Shown: positions 37,301-46,336 of the stretch, piece after piece | How positions within the stretch are numbered: position 1 is the first letter of the stretch | Layout of the letters: each line of letters begins with the position of its first letter | NCBI GenBank assembly: GCA_964016885.1 | Contig: OZ024742.1 | Coordinates: 209,932,001-209,996,000 of the forward strand | Direction: 5' to 3' | Length of the DNA: 64,000 bases | Source of the DNA: Eledone cirrhosa | Lineage: Eukaryota | The notes under the pieces: generated by a model | Databases searched by the model: none | The model's input: the letters and a program-made list of their open reading frames with translations, nothing else | What the model was told of the DNA's origin: nothing | Program-made: the position numbers and the translations under genes

Positions 37301-37797
37301 TTGAGGCTGTTGCACCCCTCTCTATCGGGACATGCCCCTGCATAGTCCCAACGTGCATCCAGGATACCATTCCAATCCCCCACTAAAAGCAGGGAACGGG
37401 ACGTCCCTAGAAAAGACTCCAGACGCTGGAAAAAGTCGGGCCGCTCTGTCCCAAAAGGGGCATATGCGGCTATCAGCCTAAGGGCTCTACCTTCACCACT
37501 GCCAAGGTCCAGCACTACCAGTCGACCCCCTGGGTCCAAGTGAACTATCTGTGTTGCAAGGCCCATATGTTTTTGCAGCAGAACGACAACCCCACCCCCA
37601 CCTCCGGGCTGACAGAGAGATGCGTGCATCTCAAAGTCGTCAAAGGTGGGGGCTAGCTGTCGCATGCTGCTGATCCGGGCCTCGCAGATAACCATCACAT
37701 TTATAGATTGTGACCTGAGGTCATTTAGAAGCATTGCTTGCTTCCAAGACGAGCCCAGGCCACGCGCATTTAGACACCCTACTCTTAGCACAGCCAT
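34360..37797 (-). CDS. ORF2: AP endonuclease, reverse transcriptase and CCHC finger (1145 aa from the ATG)
   Basis: Uninterrupted ORF with CLNARGL, GDWNG, SYLDRF, SDH, GPGYWKLN, KSPGLDGL, NFRPITLLN, DQSKAFD, RQGCPLS, AYADD, KGGLG and CPRC..ETVAHALVHC, typical of the L1/Tx1 clade. Confidence 0.96.
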   Translation of the reverse strand: MAVLRVGCLNARGLGSSWKQAMLLNDLRSQSINVMVICEARISSMRQLAPTFDDFEMHASLCQPGGGGGVVVLLQKHMGLATQIVHLDPGGRLVVLDLGSGEGRALRLIAAYAPFGTERPDFFQRLESFLGTSRSLLLVGDWNGILDARWDYAGACPDREGCNSLKGLLGRFDLADRFRLDFPTVPTWSWSNRSGSSRSYLDRFLVRNKDRDFLSCPEMLMVGYSDHKLVTCMVNLDRTHRQGPGYWKLNLSLPASRAYRNRISRLVKERLTGAIVNSRWWVSLKREIRVVSIEFSKVLAADRNRKERELIDRVEEAIRSGDVARVLASRTALSQFFDAKHEGCVVRSKIRALGNEGAKAVSWARVTEANSGTKSTIRSLRDLDGRAILEPKQMCEAFQRHFARLFGRGGEPVGNVDFGPYLDGLPRLSDREAKSCEEPISAAEIEDVLGQCGKRKSPGLDGLPYELYLAMPDLFPDLLEAVYCNWQQNGRIPCTVTKGVVTLVRKDENKGDEISNFRPITLLNTELQILAKVLAKRLALVVGNLVGDAQTCAIPSRSIHDNLHLMRYIIERVGNEPGFGGALINLDQSKAFDRVDHGYLDAVLAAAGFGPVFRGWITAMHSSRICSRVKVNGYLSEPFKIARSIRQGCPLSSLLYVLTLEPLLRKLELLQGIPLEPGLRKAMSAYADDVTVMVSTASEIEAVGTLLEEYEKFTGAKLNRDKSIGLQLGTWRGRPMPSDGVVGRWTEGPVKLLGVWFGPDLQVEKNWAEVTNRVFALTQKWASCKLSLKGRAEVANTYIASVIYYRLTVVPCPRETLTKMERALFQLLWKGRAPMVRRSICCQHPSKGGLGMPWLMMRKHALRLRHLYVFLTGQPVWASFVRRTFPRLVSLTELQSWVKQRPRKLGAWHTECAQALTALWQADPVISGDSTATFYRGLVRSRCDDALGEALDMEEDELASLFGRTYSPGPMDNFQKSLAWQCYRGALPVRERLYRHGRPGRDPAKKICPRCVCDEETVAHALVHCSGVADLWGYVEQLLSRVGPIRLTTESIVMIKPPPPFKDEAEAVFLCVIAMEKEVVWWTRLKGLKSGTFLSGQQLVRFFRYHFGRRIRMEREVLHPSRFYERWVKVARMARVNGPSLYISL

Positions 37798-37821
37798 GTT
37801 GGTGGTAAAGAGAAAAGGCAC

Positions 37822-39465
37822 TTACCTCTCTGCGTCCCGGGAAACGGGCCGCTCAATTTCCATGCTGGTTGGGGATGGGTTGTTGGGTGGGGTGGTGGTT
37901 TGTGGAAGTGAAGGGGCATCGGTGTGTTGTGGGGTTGGGGTGTTTGTCGTTGAGTGGGTGTCTGGGTGGGGTGGGGGGGTGAAATTTTTTAGGAGGACGC
38001 GGTTGATTGGTTTGGCGCAGGGGGGGCCCACGTCCTCCGTGAAATTTATTTTCAGTGTTTTGTACAAGTGCATTGGGACTTTTATCATTTTCAAATGAGG
38101 TAGTCCCACAGCAGTTATAAAGTTTGGCCCTTCAGTTTGGACCGAAGGGTTTGCTGAAATTGTTTTCCGTAATTCTTTGTTGTCTGTGTTCATGTATGTG
38201 TATTGTAAGGTCTTTTTTTGTGTAGCAGTTAGTGTTGTGTGACAGGGAGGGGTGGTTTGTGTGTAGTTTGTGTTCTCTTGGGGGGGGGTTAAAGTTAACA
38301 TGTGTGTCTGTGGTGCGTCTCCTCTTCTTTCTTTTTACTTGTTGGAAGGGATCTTTTTCGTCTTGCGACGAAAGAGGTTCGTCTTCCTTGTTGGGTGGGA
38401 GGGGTATGTTTTCTGGTAGTGTTTGCGGTGTGCGTGTTTTTGTATTTGTTTTGGGTGGGGAGGGATTGGGTGGGACAGTATTCTGTGTTATTTTTTCACG
38501 TGTTTGTTGTTGTTGTTGTTGTGGTGGTGGTGGTGGGGTTGTTGGTTTTTGTTGTTGTTGTGGTTGTTTTTGTTGTTGTAGTTGGGGTGGTATTGGTGTT
38601 GGTAGCAGTGTTTTTTTCTGTGTGAGCTGGGGACAGGCAGCCCTCAGGTGACCTCTATTGCCACAGAGGTAACAGGAGGGACGCCTACCCTCCACAATAA
38701 TGTTGAGGTGGGTACGGTCATCCAGCATGACGCGCTCAGGGATTTGGGCGATGCGTTCTGGCCTTATTTGGGTCAGAACTTCGAGGCTCGTTCCACTGAA
38801 CGCGTCGCCGGATGCCTTCCCTATTGAGATGAGGTTGTCCTCGTCTAAATTGAGGAAACCGGTTAGTAACCACCAGTAGTTTATGTTTGGGGTGATGGTG
38901 GTTATCCATATCCTCTGGGTTTTTTTACCCATGTAGGTGGGGAAGAAGGTGTAGTGTGTGGACCGAATTGGCGACACAGAGTATTTTTTTGCCGCCAATT
39001 CGTCTTTCATCAATATGGATAAACTCCCATAGAGTTTATCCTTTTGTATGAAAGTGATGTCTCTCATCGCGTCTTTCAAGACTAACTGAGTTTCCGCTTG
39101 AGATGGTTGCGCTGGTTTCTTTGTTTTATTTAAAATTGTTCGGAATACGACAGTTCGTAATTCCGTCTGTCTTTTTAGCTCCGGAGGTGAATGTATAGAA
39201 AACGATCCGTTTTCGCCAAAAGACACATATTTCTTGGCTTTTTCCAGCATTTCTTTTGCTTTTGAAATATCTTCCAGCACATAAGCGACTGATAATTTAG
39301 CCGTTTGTGCAAAAGATATTTTGTTTTCGTTTTGGATATTAGTATTGTTTTGTTTCTCGTCGTTTGAGTTGTTTTCATCTTTGTTGTTGTTGTTGTCTTT
39401 CTCGTTTCGTGTGTGGATACTTGTGACGTTTGTGTTGTTGTTGTTTTTGTTGTCTTTATTGTTGC

Positions 39466-39496
<31 letters not shown>

Positions 39497-39673
39497 GTTT
39501 TCAAATTCTTGTGTAGTTGTGGCTACATCTAGTGGTCGGTCAACAGGTGAAGACAATTCTTCCTCTCTCTGACCTCTGCCTTTGGCATCTGCTGCTGTGA
39601 CAGTGGCAGGGGGAAGCTGTGAGTATGACTTCCCCTTTCCTTCTTTGATTGATGGTGAAGATGCTTCAGCCAT
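37822..39673 (-). CDS. ORF1 nucleic-acid-binding protein (Asn-rich N-terminus, RRM-like core, CCHC knuckle, Pro/Gln-rich linker, conserved C-terminal domain), frameshifted near 38285
   Basis: ORFs 38132-39682 and 37822-38301 overlap at the G9 run 38280-38288. The knuckle is CYLCGNRGHLRAAC. Both parts are collinear with ORF1 of copy A. The RRM call is an inference from family knowledge. Confidence 0.85.
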
Positions 39674-39896
39674 TTTTCTCAAAATAGGGTTTTTCGAAGT
39701 TTTTCGAAAGATAAAATGTTCACAATACTATTTCGCCCAAAGGCGCAGAATATTTTGAGAGACCGACCAGATCAAAATTTGACCTGGCAGTCCCTCTACA
39801 AAATGGTACAAAAATGAAAGTTTACAGTTTACAATTTCCGTATGAATTTAAACAAAAACTTACCGAGCGAGCTCAGCACATGTGTCCATCGTAGAG

Positions 39897-39953
<57 letters not shown>

Positions 39954-40004
39954 CATAGATAGATAGACAGATACATAGATAGATAGACAGATAGATAGAT
40001 AGAC

Positions 40005-40091
<87 letters not shown>

Positions 40092-40121
40092 CAGTTGATT
40101 GATAGTTAGATAGATAGATAG
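39897..40121. repeat. (GATA)n/(GACA)n microsatellite, the longest spacer of the array
   Basis: Direct inspection. Similar spacers lie at 32659-32726, 33999-34095, 51365-51381, 52002-52064 and 52989-53084. Confidence 0.97.
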
Positions 40122-43100
40122 ATTTCTTTATTTGCCACAAGGGCGCACAAGAAAAGGGGACAATACAAAGACATATGGCGAGGATTTTAATACAGTCGTG
40201 TAAAAAAGTTTTAACATGAAAATATAACAATCGAAATCCCCAATAGGGGAGAGGCGTTACAAATGGGTTGTTTTATACCCCGTAGATAGAACAACCATCA
40301 ACTCCAGGAGCATGTTGTGCAAGTGCTCCTTTCTTCCTTTTGCTCTCTTATTCAACCTACAGGCTTATATACAAAGAAGGCCCAATCACTCGGGCCATTT
40401 TAGCCACATTCACCCACCTTTCAGTAAATTTACTGGGGTGCAGTACCTCTCTCTCCACTCTGATTCTCCTTCTAAAGTGGTTCCTAAAGAAGGGAATGTA
40501 TTGTTGTCCGAAGAGAAAGGCATCTGTCCTCAGTCCCCTGAACCTTGTCCACCATATAACCTCTTTCACCATAGCCACTATACAGAGGAAAACCGCCTCT
40601 CTTTCGTTTTTAAATGAAGGTGGTGGTTTGATCCTTACTATGAACTCGGCAGTCAACTGGGTTTGTCCCACACGCGACAGCAGTTGTTCTGCGTAGTTCC
40701 ACAGGTCAGTTACGCCCGGGAAGTGTACAATTGCGTGCAGGACGGTTTAAATGTCCCGCTCGCATCTTGGACACGTCTTCTTTGAAGGATCCATGCCTGT
40801 AAATCATATCGCGTACTGGTAGAGCTCCTCGGTAGCACCTCCAGGCCAGGGACCTTTGGAAGTTGTCCATAGGTCACGGGCGGAAAGTCCTACCGAACAG
40901 GCTGGTGAGCTCGTCTGTCTTCTTCGACGCCCAGAGTCTCTCCGAGCACGTCGTCGCACTTGTATCGTACTATCCCTCTATAGAATGACGAAGTGGGGTC
41001 TCCATTGATTGCTGTGCCCGCTTGACAGAGGATTGTGAGCGCCTGAGCGCATTCAATGCCAGGTGCCCGTTTTCTTCGGTCTCTGCTTGACCCAGGACTT
41101 ACAGCTCAGTCAGCGAGACAAGCTGCGGAAAGGCTTGACTCACAAACGGAGCCCACACCGATTGGTCGATGAGGAATACCTGGAGATGCCGTAGCCTCAG
41201 AGCGTGTTTGTGCATCATCAGCCACAGCCTTCCCAGCCCTCTGTTGGAAGGATGCTGGCAGCAAACGGATTTCCTCACCAGTGGAGCTGCTTCTTCCAAA
41301 GGAATTGGAAGAACATGCGTTCCATCTTGGTGAAGTGTTCACGGAGACAAGGCACGACGGTCAAGTGGTAGTAGATGACGGACGCCATGAAAGTGTTGGC
41401 CACCTCCGCTCGAGCTTTCAAGGATAGTTTGCACTCTGCCGACTTCTGGGTGAGAGCAAATACCTTGGCCGTGGCCTCGTTTTTGTTTTTTTCCACCTGG
41501 AGGTCCGGACCGAACCAGACCCCGAGCAATTTCATCGGTCCTTCCGTCCAGCGTCCGGCGGCGCTGTCGGACGGCATCGGTTTGCCTCTCCACGTTCCGA
41601 GTTGCACACAGACAGACTCGTCCGGGTTGAGTTTTGCTCCTGTAAGCCTTTCGTATTCCTGTAGTAAGTTGCCAATCGCCCCGATTTCCGAGGTTTTCGA
41701 CACGATTACTGTTACGTCGTCGGCATAAGTCGACGCCGCTTTTCGCAGTTCCGGTTCCAACGGGATGCCCTGCAAAAGCTCCAGCTTCCGCAGTAATGGC
41801 TCGAGAGTCAACACGTACAGAATGGAGGAGAGAGGGCATCCCTGTCGGATCGAACGGCTCCGATAGGTAGCCGTTCATCTTGACTGTCGAACGATGTTGG
41901 TATGCATGGCTGTGATCCAGCCTCTGAAGACGGTTCCGAAACCGGCCGCCTTGAGAACCGCTTCCAAGTATCGATAGTCGACCCTATCAAACAACTTAGA
42001 CTAATCTAAATTGATCAGAGCCCCACCGAAGCCGCGTTTACATCCCACCCTCTCTATGATGTATCGCATGAGGTGGAGGTTGTCGTGTATGGACCTGGTT
42101 GGAATTGCACAGGTTTGAGCTTTTCCCACCAGGTTCTCGACGACAAGCGCCAGCCTCATTGCTAACACCTTAGCCAAAATCTTTAACTCTGTGTTTAGGA
42201 GAGTTATGCGCCTGAAGTTACTTATCTCGTCCCCCTTGTTCTCGTCTTTCCTGATCAGTGTTACTACGCCCCTGCCTACAGAGCTGGGAATTCTCCCGTT
42301 CTGCTGCCAGTTGCAGTAGACGATTTCGAGGACACTAGTGAACAAGTCCGGTATGCCTATGTAAAACTCATAGGGTAGACCATCTAGACCTGGTGATTTG
42401 CGTTTCCCGCAGCGGCCCAGAGTGTCCCGTATCTCAGTGGCTGTGATCGGTCTTTCGCAGAACTTGGCGTCCATGCTCGAGAGACGCGGTAGGCCGTCGA
42501 GGTATGAACCGAAGTCTATTGCCCCGTTCTGCGCACCGCTCTGCTCGAATAGTTGCGCAAAATGCCACTGAAAGGCCGTGCACATCTGCCTGGAATCAAG
42601 TAGCACGCGTCCGTTTTGGTCTTTCAAAGACTGAATCGTGGACTTGTTGCCACTTTTCGCTTCTGCCGCTCGGGCCCAGCTAACAGCTGTTGCTCCCTCG
42701 TTTCCTAGAGCACGTGATCTACTCCTGACAACGCAGCCTTCATGTTTCGCATCGAAGAACTGGTCCAGTGCCGTTCTCGTTGCTAGCACTCTAGCTGCGT
42801 TACCTCTCCTAAGCGCCTCCTCTACCTTGGCTACCAGTTCTCTTTCTGTTTTATCTTTCTCTAAAGCTAGTTCTTTGCTAAAAGCTATGGACTCTACTCT
42901 AATTGCTCTCTTGAGAGAGCACCACAACCTATTGTTGACGATGGCTCCCGTCAACTAGTGCTTAACTAAACTACGTATCCGTCTACTGTAGGGTTTACGC
43001 GTCGGTAATGACATGTTCAGCTTCCAGTATCCGGGTCTATGCGTTTTATCATGGTTGACTATGCAGGTGATTAGTTTGTGGTCTGAATAAGCAACCATGT

Positions 43101-45768
43101 ACATTTGTGGTCAGATTAACATTTTCCTCTCTCTCTCTCTCTAATAAAAAAAAAACCTATGTAAATACGATCTAGATGTCCCGCTGCCATTTGTCCACGT
43201 CCACTGTGGTGCAGTCGAGAAATCTAGTCGATACCTATCGGCCAGTTGTAATTGGCCGATTAAATTGAGGTTGTTGCGTCCCCCTCTACTGGGACATGTT
43301 CCTACGTGCATCTAGTATACCATTCCAGTCCCCAATTAAAAGCAAGAAGCGAGACGTTCCCAGAAAAGACTCTAGACGCTTAAAGAAATCTGGCCGCGAT
43401 TGCCCAGTCGGGGCATAAACGGCCACCAGTCTGAAGGCTCCACCTCCAGTATTGTTTAGGTCTAGCACTACCAGCTTATCTTCCGGGTCCAAGTATATTT
43501 GCTGTATTTCGAGGTCCAGGTTTTTCCGAAACATGACAGCCCCCCCCCCCCTCCTGACTGACAGAGAGATGCGTAGATCTCAAAGTCATTGAAGATGGGG
43601 ATTAATTGCTGCTTCTTGTGGATCCTGGACTCGCTGATGGCTATCACATCTATACCGTGTGACCTAAGGTTGTTTAAAAGTTGGCCCTGTTTCCAGGGTA
43701 TCCCTAGGCCACGCACATTCACACATCCAACTAGTAAATTAGCCATGTTGGTGGAGAAGAGTTGGCGACAAAGGCGAAAAGATGCACTTACCTTTTCGTT
43801 TCCTAGAGATCGGGTTGTTCAATCTCCTTTTGGGTGCTGGTGGGGGTGTTGGGTGGTGAAACATTTTAATAGGACGCGGTTTATGGATTTTTGGCAAGGG
43901 GTCCCGACGTCCTGCAAAAATTCGTTTTTCAGTTTGTTGTAAGTTTCCATAGGAACTGTTATCAATTTCAGGTGTGGTGCTGATCCTGATTTCACGAAAG
44001 TTTTCCCCTCGGTCTCCACTTTGGGGTTTTTGGAGATGACCTCCATCAGGTTTTTGTTGTTGGTGTTGATGTATGCGTATTGTTGTTTGTGTTTTTGTTG
44101 TGTTGTTTTTGTTTGTAATTCATTTGGGAGTTTTCTTTTTATGGTGGGTGTTTGTGTTTGGGGTGGTGTTGGTAGGGGGAGGTTTGTGTTGTTGTTTGTG
44201 TCGGCAGTTGTGTATTTGTGTTGGTGATTGGTGTTTTTGTGGCTTTGCGGTGTTTCTTTTATTGTTTTTTTTATTTCCGAGGCTCTCTTTTATCCTCGCT
44301 TGGCGATGGAGAAGTAGCTTCCTCTGATGATGAATCGTCATCAGGGGCGTGCGGGAGGGGTATGTTGTGTGGTGATGGTGTGTTTGTGTGTGTGTTTGTG
44401 GTAGTGTTGGATGGAGTGGGATGGGGTGGGACTGTGTTTTTCAGGGGAGTTGTCTGTGTTTTTTCTGTTGTTTGTGGTTGAGTGGTTGCTTGTTTTGGTG
44501 TTTGCTTGTTTTGTGTGGTGTTGTTGTTGTAGTGGTGGTAGTTTTGGTGGTGATTTTGGTAAGAGTAATTTTTTGTCTTGTTTTTTGAAGTTTGTCTGTA
44601 AAGGGCAAGAGGCCTTTAAATGCGAAAACATCGAAAACAGTGCGGCCGCTTGTTTTCAGTAGAAATGTTGAAGTGGCTGTTATTGTCTACTAGTACCCTC
44701 TCTGGAATCTTGGAGATTCTCTCCGGCCTCATTTGTACCAAAACTTCCAAATTTGTACCAGACCACGTGTGTCTGGTTGATGTTTTAATGGGGAGGGTGG
44801 TATCCTCTCCCTCTTCTAAAAATCCTCCCCAAATCCACCAAATATTGATATTTGGTAGTATATTGAAGATTTTTATCTTCTGAGTTGTTTTTCCCAGGTA
44901 AGTAGGGAAAAAGGTGTAGTTGGCAGATGTGACCGGAGTCACAGAATATTTTTGTGCGAGAGCCTCGCTTTTGAGGATCACCGAAATGCTTCCATACAGT
45001 CTGGCCCTCTGCATAAATCTATGTCCGGCAAAGCCTCCTTCAATACCGTTTCTATTTCCCCTTGACTGAAGAATGCCGGCTTCCTTGTAGCATTTGCAAC
45101 AGTTCTGAAGGTAACAGTCCTTCGGAGAGTTTCAAAGCGGATTTCGGGGTGTGAGTTTATTTTAAACCCGCCCTTTTCTTCGAAAGTCACAAATTGTTTT
45201 CCTTCTCTCAGCGTCTCGCTAGCATTGGAGATATCGAGATTTTTTAAATCTTGTTTTTTTTTTGTTAGTCTCAGCGAAAGATATTTTTTTGGTATTGTTG
45301 TTGTTGTGGTTGTCACATTTTTGGTTTATGGTTGTGGAAATTGTCTCATTATCTGTGGTTTTTGTTGTGTGTTCTGTGCTGTGTGGTCCATTTTGTTAGT
45401 CTCTTGTTTCGCTTTCTTGGCGAAAAAAAACTATGTTGTCACATTTGTAACCATAGTGACGCCTATGCCGGCAGACGTCTTGGAAACGTTAACTGTTGCC
45501 TTTCTCTCTCCATTAGCTTTAGCGGAGACAAGCGTTCCTTCTTCGTTTGCCATTGTTGATAGCAGAATAATTTTTCTTTTTTTCAAAACTTTTTCAAATA
45601 AAATTTCCGCCCCTCTGAGGCGAAAAATGAGATTACCCACCAGCTGACAATTCAGCCGGGGAGGTTAATCTACGAAACAATGTGTTTTTTCAACAAAGGT
45701 TTCGGATTTTTTGCATGCAAAATTAACAAAAAAACTTACCAGCGAAGCAGCGCAGGTCAATACTATCC
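40122..45768 (-). mobile_element. full-length degenerate Tx1-like LINE (copy D)
   Basis: ORF1 remnants at 45552-43788 (RPHCFRC..SHLKASC) and ORF2 remnants at 43746-40357, with many frameshifts. Confidence 0.93.
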
Positions 45769-45777
45769 GAGATAAAT

Positions 45778-46336
45778 ATGTTTCTTTATTAGCCACAGGG
45801 GCACAAAAGAAGGGGACAAATACAAAGGGGGAAGTTTACATACAATAAAAACGTGTAAAATGTTATCACAAATGCAATTTAAAAAAGTGGTCGATTTTCC
45901 CCAATAGGGGGAGACAGTTCATATGGGTAACACATACCCCCGAAAAAATGTGCAACCCTCATCTCCAGGAGTACGAAGAGTTTGTACTCCTTTCCTCTCC
46001 TCCTCCTTTTCCTCAACCTACAGGCTGATATAGAGAGAAGGCCCATTCACTCGGGCCATTCTCGCCACTTTCACCCACCTTTCATAAAACTTGCTGGGGT
46101 ACAGCACCTCTCTCTCCATCCTGATTCTTCTTCCAAAGTGGTATTTGAAAAAAGAATCAGTTGTTGGCCGGAGAGAAAGGTGTCTGACCTCAGCCCTTTC
46201 AACCTTGTCCACCATACAACCTCTTTCGCCATAGCTATCACACAAAGGAAAATCGCCTCTCCTTCGCTTTTGAAGGAGGGTGGCGGTTTGATCATGACAA
46301 TGGACTCGGTGGTCAACCGGATTAGTCCCACCCGCG
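45778..46336 (-). mobile_element. Tx1-like 3' end segment (E1)
   Basis: ORF2 C-terminus (..NGPSLYISL) plus a complete 3' UTR with AATAAA. It is fused upstream to the incomplete 3' UTR of E2. Confidence 0.88.

Larger units (their letters stand above)
34096..39893 (-). mobile_element. full-length, near-intact Tx1-like LINE (copy C)
   Basis: 5' UTR, ORF1 with one homopolymer frameshift, intact ORF2 and a 3' UTR ending AATAAA. It is embedded in (GATA)n on both sides. Confidence 0.97.
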
